NCBI GenBank assembly: GCA_039545335.1
Contig: BCIN01000001.1
Span: 3,289,136-3,353,135, forward strand
Length of the DNA: 64,000 bases
DNA from: Kondoa subrosea
Taxonomy: Eukaryota
Direction of reading: 5' to 3'
Shown here: positions 49,130 to 63,027 of the stretch, piece by piece
Numbering within the stretch: the first letter of the stretch is position 1
Layout: every line of letters begins with the position of its first letter
Made by a program: the position numbers and the translations under genes
The notes under the pieces: generated by a model
Seen by the model: the letters and a program-made list of their open reading frames with translations, nothing else
Database searches by the model: none
Told to the model about the DNA's origin: nothing

Positions 49130-49780
49130 CGAATGAGGTCTTTTTAATTGCTCGGCCAAATAGAGCGCTGGACTTTCGCAACAGATGAACTATTTGTTTT
49201 GCCAGCTTATCGTACAACGGAGCAGTGCAACAAGGTTTTGATCGTTCGCATTATTAAAAGTCGAGTGGCCTTGCTCAAGTCCTTTCGTCCGTTGTCAACC
49301 CTGCATTGCTATCACGAACTTGGTGAGGTGAAGCTGCATGCATGAGACCACAAGAAACTGTTTGCAAATGCGGCTATCGGTTTTCAGCTACTTGCGGGTC
49401 GCATCTACATCGGCTACAATCAAGAAGGACTGCGAGATCTAGTGCAATCCTCCACATCCCATTATTTCTATGAGTATGATGACAGTGAAGCGACCAAATT
49501 GTATAAAGGAGCTGATAGAGGGAAATAGGATAGCAGAATGCAACTGAGAGCGAGCGGGAGATAGAATGATCAAAGACACAGAATCGGATTCGGCAATGCA
49601 GACCACATTATTAAAGCCTATCTGGCGGTAGAATGAGCACGACAAAAGGACTGAATACTACTGCAATGCTGGTCCCAGTTGTACTTGAGTCCTCTAGAGT
49701 TTCTTTCTGAGTTGTGCCTACCAAACAACAACATATTTTTCGAAGGTTGGACTGCACACACCAAGCTTGGATGTGACAGC

Positions 49781-52555
49781 ATGTCTCAAAGACTCGTCTG
49801 TCAGTGTCTTTCTATGCTCTGCTCATTTCCAAGTCTCATGTGCATGACTGTGTCCAGCGAAACCGACCAAGTCGTTTAAGCCCTCTTTGGTCAAGCGCAA
49901 GCCTAAGCCTGTGACTTCAGCTGTCGAATCTACTCCTGCAGTACCTACTCAGTTATCACAAAATGCTTCTGTGCCTCCATCTCGCGAACAATCGCTCGCA
50001 CCCAACTTACCTGAAAGATCTGTAACTCCAGCTCAGCCTATTTCAAAGGAACCTTTGTTCAGAGCAGAGACTCCAGATACTAGAGATGTAACTCCAGCGG
50101 TTGAGCCAGTGGCTCGGATTTCTACTCCAGCTCAAGAACCCATTCGTCAAGCTTCACCTCTTCGTGCTTCGCCGCAAAGAGAAGCTGCTCCTTCTACAGC
50201 TACACCTGAAAAAGCTGCAACTTCAATGGCTGTTGATCTGGAATCAGGTCCTGCAACTCAGCAGACGCAACAGCCAATACCTTACAGATCTCCTTCGATA
50301 CAACTTCCAGCTGATACTGCTCCTACACCTTCTGCTCCTCTCCCTCCTCCTCCTGCTACAAGTGATGTACCTCCAGGCTTATTCGAATATGTCTTCAACA
50401 ATACACAAGCGTCAACCCAAAACGAGGGAACAATCGACGCGTTGGGCATGCTGGCCGATACAGCAGTACAACAAACAGGAGGTGTAGAACAGCTTGAAGC
50501 GCTCATTGCAGCAGGATCTGTAGCGAGTAAGAAGAGGAAAGCAAAATCAGATCCCAAACCCAAATCGAAAAAGAAATTCAAGACTGTCAATGGTGGAGAA
50601 GAAGACTCATCAGTTGCAGTTACGAAAAAGACAAAGGAAAAGAAAGCTAGACCTACGCGTGTTGCGAAAGAAAAGAAGAAAGTCGTTGTTGTTGCGGGTG
50701 AAGAGGAAGTGGATTCGGATGATCGAGATACAAATTTCGAACCACCCATGTCTAAGCCTGTCGATCAAGAGGAGGAAGTAGAACAACAGGCTGAAGTGGA
50801 AGAAGAGACGCAGCAGAGTGCTACTGTCAAACCCAAGATGAAGAGGAAATTGGGTGCCGCTAGAACTACGGCGGAAAGGCAGACTCGCGAGGTAGGTCTA
50901 TACTTTCTTTAGCTTCCTCTCACAAGCTAACGGAGAGTTCGGACCTACAGATTGCCTCAGACGATTCAGGCTTTGATACCGAAACCCGCGAAGCAGCAGC
51001 AGCAAAGAAACCCAAAGTAAAACGAATCAAGAAACCACCCAAAAAAGCTTCCTTATCAACTAAAGGTGGACCTAAGCGTCGGATCATTCCACCTGCTGGA
51101 ACAGACGAAGCGGCAAATCAAGCATCACCTCAAGCTGGACCATCTGCTCAACCTGAACGTTCTGTTGAACCCTCTGTTGAACCTGAACTAACTCCTGCTG
51201 GATCTGTGAAAGCCAAGAAATTGACCAAGAAACAGAAGCTGGCCGCACAGAAAGCCGCTATAGCTGGGACTCAAGCTGCACCTCAACCTGCTGCGCCTTC
51301 ACCTACTCGAGCATCAGTTACTCCTGCTCCTGGTGCTGCAGAAGAAGATGGATGGGAACTAGGATGGGATGATCCTATCTTGATCCAGGAAGAAGATTAT
51401 CAACCATTTGTTGCACCTGATCCTGAAGCGGAAGAGGAAGAAGAATTTGAAGACAGTTTGGATCCGGAAACGACTAGTATGGCTTCTTTGATCAAAGATC
51501 CTGGGATTGGGAGAGTTAGCGAAAAGTTTAGAGAAGCGCAAGAAAAGAAGATGGAAGACAAGGCGAAAAGGAAAGCTTTGAGGCAGAGGAAAAAGGACAG
51601 TATTTTTGGTAGTGATTATGAATTGGACGATGCCGACGAGGATGGGAATCTACCTAGAGTTGCGGAAGAGGATGAGGAAGATGGGGAAGGAAGGGAAACT
51701 GCTGCTCAGCAACAAGCCGAAGATGGCAATGAAGGAGAGGAAGAGCAACCTGAAGAGGAAATTGTTCCCCCTGATGAGGAAGATGAAGAGTTTCAGGAAT
51801 CTAATGCTGTTGCTTCTTATCGTTTGGTTGATGGTAGAATGGTTCTCGATCAGGCTTCTTTGCAAGTCGATCGATTCCAGGAGGTATGTATTACCTCGCT
51901 GTTCTTGTCTCAGCTCATAGTGTTCCAGGATGTTGATGGCGATATTGTTGATGAAGCTCTTGGTTCTCGCCGATTGAACAGTTCTACTTATGGCAAGCGA
52001 AAAACGAGCGCGAGATGGAACGCAATCTCTACCGAGAAGTTCTATGAGGTGAGCTCTTATGGCTTATATACTTTCATCTACTCACCGTGATATAGGCCAT
52101 CCGACAAAACGGCAGTGATTTCGCTATGATCGCTCTCTATTTTAGGGACGAAGGACGTACTCGAGCGCAAATCAAGTCAAAGTGGAAGAGGGAAGAGAAG
52201 ATCAATAGTCACCTCATCACCGCTGCTCTCAATGAACGCAAATCTCGCGGAGGTAAGTTTCTTTCCGCTATTAAAATTGGCCCCTGACTCACTCGCCGCA
52301 ACAGATCTTTCCGCTCTCGGTGAACAATTCGGTCTGGATCTCACTGGGCCCCTCCCTGAAGATCCAATGGAACCATTCTATGATGCGAAACCCGGTCAAG
52401 CAAAGAAATCTAGTCAAACGCCTGTTCTGGGAGAAGGTGGGGAAGAACTGCCTGATGTCGAGCCTCTGGAAGAGATTATGGAAGAGGAAGAAGGTCCAAT
52501 CGAAGAAATCGTGGAAGAGGAAGGACCGACTGAGGAGGTTGTCGGAGAAGCTTGA
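49781..52555 (+). CDS. BDP1: TFIIIB B'' subunit Bdp1 (SANT/Myb domain)
   Basis: LVDGRMVLDQASL; NSSTYGKRKTSARWNAISTEKFYEAIRQNGSDFAMIA...RTRAQIKSKWKREEK. Confidence 0.88.
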
Positions 52556-52866
52556 GATCTATATGCTTGATTCGCATTCTGCTGTACTATCACCTGTCTT
52601 GTAATGAGAGCACACCTGCATGAGGGTCGCGCCAAGAAAAGCACTTTCCCTTTAACTTCTTGACAACGAGTCTGGCCATCAATCGGCCCCAAGTTTGATT
52701 GGGGAATGTGCCCCTATCTTTGGCTCAAGCTAGAGCCAAACAGTTGATCGCTCCCTTTCTTACACAACGTTCACCTTCTTGCAAACACAAATCGAAGATC
52801 TCATCTGAACAATTCTTCCTACTCAACTCGCAAGCTTCACTCTGCTCTGCATCCCTTGAGAGCAAT

Positions 52867-55800
52867 ATGTCTAAAGTCACTGCTACCTTTGCCTTTACTG
52901 GCACTGTTGGTCAAGCTATACAAACAGCCGTCACTATCGCAGCCCCTAAATCTGGAGCTGCAGCACAAACCATCCTGGACTCTCACGAATCGCCAGCACG
53001 TTTCAATGCCGACAATCCAATCACTCTCTTCTGTATTCAAGCTGGTATTGTCATTATTCTTGCTCGAATACTTGCAATTGGTTTGGGCAGATTGAGACAA
53101 CCTCGCGTTATCTCAGAAGTTATCGCTGGTATTCTCCTGTACGTTTATAAATTAGTCTACACGTGTGCTGATCATTTCACCACGTTCATGTCATAGCGGT
53201 CCCACTGCATTCGGGCGAATTCCAGGTTTCACAAGTGCCATCTTCCCTAAGCAATCTCTTTCCTATCTCAATTTGGTAGCTACTATTGGTTTGGTACTCT
53301 TCCTCTTCTTGGTTGGCCTGGAAATCGATTTCAATGTCTTCAAGAAGAATGCTAAAGCAAGTGTCACCATTTCAGCAGTCGGAATGATTATTCCGTTCGG
53401 TTTGGGCGCTGCCGTCGCTGCTGGTCTCTACAACCGCTTTGTGGATCCAGAAGAAGTTTCCTTCAGTCATTTTCTGCTCTTCATCGCCGTCGCAATGGCT
53501 ATTACCGCTTTCCCTGTCTTAGCTCGTATTCTCACTGAACTCAAGCTTCTTCAGACCGATGTGGGTGTAGCTGTTCTAGCAGCGGGTGTGGGAAACGATG
53601 TGGTTGGTTGGATTCTGCTGGCTTTGACCGTAGCTTTGGTCAATGCCGGAGCTGGATTGACAGCACTTTATGTTCTTCTCTGCTGCGTTGGTTGGACCTT
53701 GATCTTAGTCTATGCCGTCCGACCAGTCTTCATCTACCTCTGCCGTCGATCAGGAAGTTTCGAACACGGTCCTACAAACGGAATCATGGTCGTTCTGATC
53801 ATCCTCATTCTCGCTTCAGCTTTCGTTACCGATATTATTGGCGTTCACCCTATCTTTGGAGGTTTCTTGGTCGTAAGTTCACACTTCCGACAGATGGTAT
53901 CTCAGCTGATTTGTACAACAGGGAATTATCATGCCTCATCATCGAGGTTTCGCTGAGTCATTGACTGAGAAACTAGAAGACTTGGTCGCCACTCTCTTCT
54001 TACCTCTTGTGAGTTATTTCTGTGGTGTGCTCTATGCCATGCTGAATTAGCTATCGAGTAGTACTTCGCTCTTTCTGGTCTCAAGACTGATCTTGGTCTG
54101 CTGAACAACGGTGCCATCTGGGGTTGGGCCTTCTGTGTCATCATTGTGGCTTTCTTGAGCAAGTTCTTGGGCTGTGCTGCTGCAGCCAAAGTCAACAAGT
54201 ACACTTGGCGAGAAGCGGCCGCTGTTGGCAGTTTGATGAGTTGTAAAGGGTAAGATGACCAACCTGTATTAGGGAGTCAGGAGACTGACAAGAGATTATA
54301 GATTGGTTGAACTGATTGTGCTGAATATTGGCCTGAATGCTGGCATCCTAAACGCGCCTATCTTTGCCATGTTTGTTCTTATGGGTAAGTACTGCTATTG
54401 CTCTCGAATTTAATCATAAATTGATTGCTCCATCCAGCTTTGGTTACCACTTTCGCGACCACTCCACTCACTTTGGCCTTCTATCCTGTCTGGTACCGCG
54501 AGCAAATGACTGCTAAAAGAGCAGCTGAAGCACTTGAGAAATTTCCAGCAAGCGAACAGGAAAAGGGACACCTGCCTAAGGAAGATCGTATTCGCTCGCG
54601 ATTCACATTCGTCTTCAACCGTATGGAAGATCTACCACCTATGATGGCTTTCACCAAACTCATACAAACACCACCTCAACATGTTAAACCAGAAGTAAAT
54701 GAAAAGTCAGTTGTGTCCCAACCAAAACAAGTCGGCATCGATGCTCTTCGGCTATTGGAACTGTCTGAACGATACTCATCCGTCCTTAAAGCATCCGATT
54801 TGGAAGCTACTGCTCGCCAAGACCCTCTCAGCAACATCTATGGCACTTTCGCTGGCCTCAATGGTTTTAAGGTGGTTCCACAAATGTCTATTGTTCAAGC
54901 TCACGAATTCCCTCTTTCGGTTACTAATTTTGCCAAAGACAAGCGCGCTGACATGATTGTCGTACCTTGGGCTGCAGCTACGTCAATGGAAGCAGCTGAC
55001 GAAGGACCTCACCTAAACCCATTTGAAAGTCTCTTCCGCAACAACTCAAATTCTGCACCAGAACGTTCACCACAATATGCTGCTTTCGTTCGCGAGACCT
55101 TCTTGAAGGCTAGCTGCGATGTTGCTCTCTTCTTGGATCGAGGTGTCATGGGCACCCCATCAGCTATGCCTTCCGGTCGTCAACATATCTTCTTACCATT
55201 TTTCGGTGGTCCGGACGATCGAGCAGCTTTGGAATTGGTCATGCAATTGTGCCGTCATCAAGGTGTCTCAGCTACCATCGTTCAGCTCGTTCGAAGCGCT
55301 ACTCCTACTGAGGAGGATCAAACCAGCGAATCGTCTGGCAAATCTTCATCTGGTAATTCACTCGCCGCTCAAGAATCGACCACACCAATGCAACACCTCA
55401 CTGTACATGGTGGAATTGCGGGTGCCGACACAGTTTACGCTCCTCACGATACGCAACATCAACTGCAGTCTCAAACTTCCGATAGCTTGGCCTTGGCTCA
55501 CTTCTTCCATCCTGCTTCTGGCCACTCCGAACCGGTTTCTCATCCAGCCGCAACTGTCAATGCTCTAACTCGTGTTACTTTCGCCACGGTCAATACTATT
55601 TCGCCGCTCAAGACTTCTTTGGGACAAGCTGCCAAAGCGGCCGAAGCTACTGAAGCTCCTTTATTGGTCATTGTCGGTCGATCTCGTCGTGGAGGTGTAT
55701 CACACAGAGAAGAGTTGGAACAATTCTTGAAGGAAACCGTCGTGAAGTCTAGCAACGGCGTTTCTGCTTTGGGTCTTTGTGCAAGTTCAGAAGTTAGAAG

Positions 55801-55946
55801 AACTCTGGGTGACTGCGTGCGTGCTATTGATTTCTAGAGGACATTGCTGATTTTCTTGGAAACAGGCAAGCGCTTTGGTGGTCGCTAGCGTCGCTGGATC
55901 GGTCGTGGTTGTTCAAGCTGGCACCAAAGCTTCTCAAACTGTTTGA
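52867..55946 (+). CDS. KHA1: K+/H+ antiporter (CPA2 family)
   Basis: LRQPRVISEVIAGI, ITAFPVLARILTE, AGVGNDVVGW, LMSCKGLVELIVLNIG, PFFGGPDDRAAL. Confidence 0.93.
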
Positions 55947-56199
55947 AGAGCAGGTCTTATCTTATTGGGTTCTTGGTGCATCTACTCGTTCTAGTTTGTA
56001 ATCTCTGGGTCATTTGTACATAGAGCATTCACTTGGTTATTATTTTATTGCAATTGTGTCACTTGGGCGTCTGACTTTTTGCGATTTGCACAAGAAGCTC
56101 TACAAGCAAGCAAGCTCGCATTTCAATTACGTAAGCCGGAACCCACGGCCATTGATGTTTGGATTTATACTTCTTTCTTGTCTTCACACAGCCAAGATC

Positions 56200-57995
56200 A
56201 TGCTCGTGAATTTGTTACTACTCGTTGCTACAGTCGCTGGCAGGGCAATGCGCATAGCGGGCCCTTCAGAGGAGACTGCAGACCAACAGCTCACCTTGCC
56301 AGCGGATGATTGGCCAGAGCATTTGGTTGCTCGTTCTTCCGACAGTCAGCGCTTCTATGATACTTTTCGCTTGGAGTTCGACGCTCCTAGATCTGATCCT
56401 GAAATCAAGTTCTTCGATACCCTGACAAGGCTACATCCGAACGATAGCTTGACTTCTGTTTCTCAATCTTCTTTCGACTTGTTTCAGTATGCATCCTATC
56501 CTGAGCATAAGCTCTCCATCCGTCGTCGACCTGGCTCTGCTCTTATTGATGAGGAGGTTTTCATCCCTCCGTTGAAACGAAGAGAAGGCCGTACGCTGTT
56601 ATCCTACCTGCTCGAAGCTTTCTTACCTTAATGTCGTTCAGCTGGATCTGTTGTTTCTTCGCCCAAATTTGCAGCATTCGACGTGCACTGGGGCTTGTCC
56701 ACACCGGCTTACACTTTCGTGGTTTACTTTACAAGCTGGCCTGAGGGATACGATGTTAAGCAAAAATGGTTTATCCTATCACCTCAAACAGAGTCATCGA
56801 CCGACAACGTAGCTAATCGACTTGTGCATGCTGTCTCTTCTTTCGCTATTCAATTGCATAACGAACTGTGGGAATTTTCGTCACCTGGATTTTGGAGAAA
56901 GTCAAAGTCTCTTTGGCAGAGTATCGACAAGAGCGGTCTTTGGGAAGACATCATCTTGGATGAGAAGCTGAAAGCTGACATCAAGGATGACGTACTCGGC
57001 TTCTTTCGCAAAGAAGATATCTACCGGGATCTGTCAGTGCCGTGGAAAAGAGGCATAATCTTTGAGGGGCCTCCGGGCAATGGTAAGACTAGTAGCTCAT
57101 AGTGCTCGATGATAGCTCAGTACTGAACAGGCAAGACCATCACTCTTAAAGCTCTACAAAGAAGTCTGCTGCACGAGACCGACGTTGCTCCTTTATACGT
57201 CCGCAGTTTCAGTCAATTTGGCGATGACGAAGCTGGCCTAAAGGAGATATTCAAGAAGGCGAGGGCTGTGGCACCTTGTTTGCTCATCATCGAGGATCTT
57301 GACTCTCTTTTAACCGATATCAACCGTTCCCTATTTCTCAATGAGCTGGACGGTAGGATCTTTTTGCTATCATCGAGTCCCATCTAAGATTTTTGCCAGG
57401 CTTGGAGGATAATGACGGATTGATGATTCTAGCGACGACCAATTACTTTGACAAGGTGACTTCCAGACTTGTAGTTCAGGCGGATTCTGCTCACTTTGTG
57501 TAACAGCTTGATCCTTCTGTGTCTCGCCGACCGTCTCGCTTCGACAGAAAGTATGCATTTGCCAGTCCAAATATATCGGAAAGGAGAAAATATGCGGAAT
57601 ACTGGCAGCGCAAACTTAAGAATCGCCCAGAGCTCAACTTCACTTCTGAAGTGGTCTCGTGAGCTACCACAATACATCTCACTGGCTGCTGCTCACATCT
57701 GTATAGTCAAGTAGCAGAAGCGACGGATAAATTCTCGTTTGCATATTTGAAGGAGGTCTTCGTGTCAAGTCTCTTGCTTATTGCAGGCGGTGATAAGGAT
57801 ACCTTTGTGAAGATACTGTTGGATCAAGCTCATACTCGTGTGTTTATCTGTGATGAATGGACGCATTTGATTGCTTACATTGCGACAGTCGGGAAACAGC
57901 TCAATTCGACTTCGGAAAACGCTTTCAACGTTGGACTTCCCGCTCAGACGGCTCTCGACTTTGGTCGACAGATTCCGATGTTTCACGCCATGTAA
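56200..57995 (+). CDS. single-domain AAA+ ATPase with putative signal peptide
   Basis: Walker A GPPGNGKT, Walker B IIEDLD, FLNELDG, ATTN, RPSRFDRKY. Confidence 0.88.
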
Positions 57996-58258
57996 GATTA
58001 AGCTGATTCTATGCACCGAGTACCAAGATTGGGTGGACAATGTGTTGTAAATTTCCCGTATGAGTCTGTACTTCGTGATAGTACGTGACTAGTAGGTCTA
58101 CTGGCTCGAACTGACAACTTAGCTTGTTGTTTTTGACTGGCTTGAATTTCCCTTTGTTCTCTGAATTTGATCAGATGTAAAGCGAATTTGATCCCCGCTT
58201 TATCTCGTCTCTTTTCTATTCCTCTTTCTCTATCTCCTTCTTCATAGTCTAGCTCATC

Positions 58259-58977
58259 ATGGCCGGCATGATGATGGAACAAGCTCGCAATGTCTTTGAC
58301 GTAAGTTCATCACCCGATGCCAGAGCCGGAACTAATTCTATCGCTCAGGACTATCGTAAACAATCTCTACATGGTAAGCTTATTCCTTGATACACAGCCA
58401 ATGTTCGTCTGATTGCTTTGCAGATCAACTCGCCTTCCGAGAAGCTTCGGAAGACTTCAACTTACAGAGACGAGTGATGCAATGTCAGCAAAGAGAACAG
58501 TCAGACGTATGGAATGGCATGTCATACGGACCCCTTTCGCTTTCAGGTTAGCTTCAATTGTCTTTGCAGCTTTAGAAGCATTCTGATCATTCTAACGGTT
58601 AGCTGTTTCGGCTTATGGTAATCTTACAGGCATGAACAGTATATACGGAATGAACAACATGTACGGAATGAACGGCATGATGGGTATGCATCCGTACGGG
58701 ATGAATGGCATGGGAATGGGATACAATTCGATGATGCACCCTTACTCAGGCGCTGGATTTGGAGCTGGTCTGATGTCGTAAGCTTCTGCATACGCTCCTA
58801 TACTACTGAGCTGATCAGAAGCGCTTTGTCAGCCCTCATATGCTCCACAACCCGATGCTAGCTGGAGCTGCATTGAATTCTCACATGGGAGTTCCGCTTG
58901 CTGCTGCAGTTAATCCAATGGCGTCAATGATGCCTATGTCCACGAGTTATTCGCGTATGTCCGGAGGCTATTGGTAG
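58259..58977 (+). CDS. small Met/Gly/Asn-rich low-complexity protein
   Basis: Exons join in frame: MAGMMMEQARNVFD|DYRKQSLH|DQLAFREAS...GMNSIYGMNNMYGMNGMMGMHPYGMNGMG...GGYW*. Confidence 0.7.
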
Positions 58978-59361
58978 AACTTGGAGCTCTCAGCTCATTG
59001 ACATTTTATGCTATTCTTGTCTTATATTCGCGATACTACTATACCAGAGGATGTACAGTCGCTCACTATTTATTGCATTGTACCACCGCTTGTCCAAGTC
59101 TTGTCCAGGTGCCTGACGTAGCGTGGTCTTCGATTCTTTGTTCAGTCTTTCTGATGCGTTGGGAATCGGTTACATGTTATCTTTTTGCTAGCGACCACAC
59201 ATATATACCTTTCAAATAGTGATACACATGTCTGCGGGATCGGCTCTGTCCATATTCTGATTCAGCCATCGCTCTTTTGCATTGCCTTAGATTTGTGCAG
59301 CTCATAGATCTTTGGGGAGAATCGCGGCTTCTCTGCCCTCTTTATACGCTCCAGCACTATC

Positions 59362-61830
59362 ATGTTCAAGCGTAACCGAGATCTAGGAGGCAAAGTACCT
59401 ACCAACCCAACTGCAAAGCTCCTGCACCTCAGAGATTATGTCAAAGCTCACTTGAGCGATTTGGAACCAAGAGCAGTCAAATGGGAAGCACCGAATGCAG
59501 AATTAGAGCAACTTACAAGGGAAGAACGAGAGATTGAAAGTCAGCGGCTTCGAGCCATGTCGGAGATCAAGCAACTTCAGAAATCCCATCAGAATCTGGT
59601 CGATAGCGCTCAGAAAGGTAATCAGCAAGCTTCTGCGGCTTTGATGGAAGAGCAGACTCGGCGCTACAATGAGCTGATGGTCAGTGGTCTTGTCTTGCTT
59701 CAATATAGCCCGAAGTTGATTTGTAGTACAGGACGAGGCAGAAGATCTAGAGAGGAGGAAAGAGCAGCTCAATGCAAGTCGATCGGAATTTGCTGCCAAC
59801 GCAGAAAGAAGGAAACAGCAAGAGGAAATGGCAGAATTGATGCGAAAGAAGAAGGAGCTAGAGTAAGCGAGGCACAACTGTCATGCGTCTTTCGACATCT
59901 GATACGCTCTTCAGGGAACTAAGAGCATTACAAGCGCTTGAAATACCATTTAATCCAGAACTTCCCTCCTTTTCCACATCTCTTGTGAGGCCTGTTTGAT
60001 TAAACTATCGCGAAGCTGATCTTTTGTTTGAAGCCTGATTATCCTACCGCAACAGGCGCATTTGTGGATCCATTTGCAGGCTTGGACGGCCTTCAGCACC
60101 AACAGACCAATCCGAATTGGCTCGATCCTACTTTCTCTCGTGCTCCTAGCAGTACTGAATTTGGTGAGGGTATGCAGAATTATCCTCCTTCAAGACATCC
60201 ATCTACTCAAGGCTTCCGACCAATGGGGTCATCCTATCCTGCAGCGAATGCTCAATCTCAGTACGCCTCTTCGAGACCGCCTTCTTCTGCCAACGACGAT
60301 CCTTTCGGCTTGCGAGGCTCTGTGGGACACCTTGATGATCCGTTGGATTCTTTATATGACTCCCATGGACAGCAAACTTACCCATCAAATGGAATACATC
60401 AGCAGAACGATCAGCAACAATTCCGTTCTAATACGCCTTACCCTAATTCAGCCCACGGTCGTACAAGAACAGTCTCAGAGAGTTCTATCCCCTTTGATCT
60501 TGCTTTGGATGACCCGATGCTTCAGGGATTGAGGCACGATGATGGTCCTTATTCGCATCAAGCGACAGACGCGTCCATATCACAAGGGATGGGTCAGTCT
60601 TTTCCGTTTCAAAGTCAACAGCAACAATTTCATTCACCAGCTCCAGCTCGTTTGCCATCAACGAGCCATGGTCAGCAATGGTCTACTGCGCCATTAGGCC
60701 AATACTATCAAGCTGGACCTTTGCAGCAAGGACAACCGCAACAACAGAGTTACAATCAACAGCAATTCCCTATGCAGCAAAATTTGAATCAGCAAAGAAA
60801 CATGGAGCAGCCTCGGTCGAGAGCCAATTCTACGACAGCTGGTCGACCTGTAACAACAGCTGTGTCGAAGGCACAGACATGTATGTTTGACATTAAGACT
60901 TGCGCTCTAGCTGATCCGGATTTTCAGCTATATCTGCGTTGTCGGATAGCGAACTACTCATGCTGCTCGAGTATGTTTGTCACATAAATCTATACGTGTA
61001 CTGATTGTATTTCTGTTAGTGATCCTGTGATTCTGCAAGGCGTCTTGAGCAAGCTTACAAATGTCGAAAGAGAAGCATTGATTGCCAGACTGGAGAAGAT
61101 GAAGGCAGGATCTGCTAGACAAGGCAGCTCTTCTGCCAATAATCACCCGAATATGGCTCAAGCGAATGCGACAGCCCGCCAACAAGGTACAACTAGATCT
61201 AGAACCAATTCTCTACATAGTGCGAATGGTCAAGCACCTCAAGGCCCTCGTGTAGCTTTTGCCAATCCTCAATCTACCTCGCAACAGTCCTCTTTTGGCT
61301 CAGGACCTAGTCAAGCGCGTCTCGGTCCCCATACTCTTAATCCTCCTACTTACCCACAGAGCAACACTTCTTCCGCAAGCCCGAATTCCTCTCAGCAAGA
61401 GAAACAGCAGCTGAATTCTCATTTCCCTCATCAGTCACAGAATACAAGCCAGCAAAGTACTCCTGATCCAGGCTCAGATTTCGAGATAATCAAAAGAGGT
61501 CAATCGCCAACGAGAAATATAGTCAGGATGATAGATGTGCTCGAAGAGTTTCCTCCGGAAAGTCAGTAATTTCTACTAGCCAGTCTGTATTGTGCTCAGC
61601 TTGTTCTTCAGATCCTCCTCCTGGAAGTGATCCTCGTCAGATAATGGCTCAACAACTGATGTCAATTGGTAAGTTTATTCCGATGTGAAGTGTCTGATCA
61701 ACTGATTGCCATTTCAGTTAAGCGTGCTCGAGCTATTGGCGCAAACGGTCTAGACGATCTGTATAAAGAAGAGCTTGTCGATGAACAAGATGCCTTCGTT
61801 ATCGTAGCCAAGGCAGTAGTATTCCAGTGA
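59362..61830 (+). CDS. hypothetical protein, N-terminal coiled coil and Q/S/P-rich region
   Basis: ORFs 59362, 60028 and 61027 linked by GT-AG introns; ends VVFQ*. Confidence 0.65.
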
Positions 61831-61947
61831 GCGATTGTCGGGGGCTTGCGAGCTTTATCGCATAACTCGATTTCGTCTCGCATACCCTGTCATTTCCGCT
61901 GTCTGATCGACTTCTGAATCTTCTTGTGTACACTAATGTGGACACAA

Positions 61948-62456
61948 ATGAAGACACAAAGGTGCACATCCACTTCCACTTTTCCCTTTGTGTTTTCGAA
62001 GCCTAACTCTTGATCGCTCTCCGTAATCGATGTTTGCTTCTTTCTCTTTCCTTAAGCTTTATCATCATATATCAGCTTGCCATCCTCGTCATTCTGGATT
62101 AGCTTGAGCAGTGCCATCTTCTCTTTCTTTCGTAGCACTTCAAAAGCAGTGCTCAAAGCAGTGATTCTCATCGCCTTACAATTTTGGCTGCTCTTCCGTG
62201 CCGTCTTGCTCATTATGGTTCATCAATCTGTTATGTCGAGCGTGACGAGCGCAAAGACTTGGCGAGCGCCAACAAGGTGATTCGAAGGTTTCTTCTGAAG
62301 CCATCCGAAGCTGACTGATCTGACAGCGAACAATGGCAAGCTCGAAGAGGTATGTGCGAGTTCCCTATCAACTAGAACACCTCACTGAAAGCTGCAGCCG
62401 CGATGTTCTTACGAGACATGGCAAGTTCTCAACCTTGGATGAGACGAGCGAGCTGA
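61948..62456 (+). CDS. small hypothetical membrane protein
   Basis: Four exons splice in frame (MKTQS|LPSSSFW...AVILIALQFWLLFRAVLLIMV...WMRRAS*). Confidence 0.4.
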
Positions 62457-63027
62457 CTATGGTTTAGAACGAACGAGTCGAAGAGGCAGAGATATTCCAG
62501 TCAGTTATGCCTGGGTACATGTGAATTCTGCTAATAAAGTATAGAATGGAAATGCGAAATATTGTAAGCCTTTTGGCTTTCAACAGCTTCCTTCTTCTAA
62601 GTCTATAAACAGGTCGCATGGAGTCAGTCTGAAGCTCTGAGACAGCAAGACATCGCTCTAGAGAACCGTACAAGGTTCATTTGTTGCTCCAAGGGACCTG
62701 TTCTCAAGCTAATCCGATGCAAAGATGGCAATACGATCTGGCAGATCGCAACGCTTCTCTACAGTTCAGGCAATCTATGAGCGCTCTCATGGGAAGTCAG
62801 CTCGGTGTGTTATCAACGTTCTTATCAACGTTCTTACGCAGACAACAATAATACTCATGTTGCTCTGTTCTGAACGCTACAGGATTTGTGAGTTCAGTAT
62901 CGATCGCCTAGCAATTTCACACCTCTTGATATCTCCTCCCTTTTGTTCTTCTTCTAGTCTCCTGGTATGTGTTTTCATGAATGTTTTGATTGCTCGTTCA
63001 AGTTCTTGTATAGAATCGATCTTACGC

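Noticed and set aside
49090..49780. Long intergenic region checked for snoRNA, tRNA or a hidden gene
   Set aside because: No convincing box C/D spacing, tRNA arms or spliced ORF found.
49781..52555. Link between BDP1 (a Pol III factor) and the unusual tRNA
   Set aside because: 45 kb apart with many unrelated genes between; most likely coincidence.
52687..52740. Two short inverted repeats upstream of KHA1 (CCCCAA..TTGGGG; TTTGGCTC..GAGCCAAA)
   Set aside because: Stems of 6-8 bp are expected by chance; no RNA family or transposon ends recognised.
57998..58282. 94-aa minus-strand ORF with HHH and charged residues
   Set aside because: No ATG start; it is the antisense reading of the CT-rich promoter/5' UTR of the gene at 58259.
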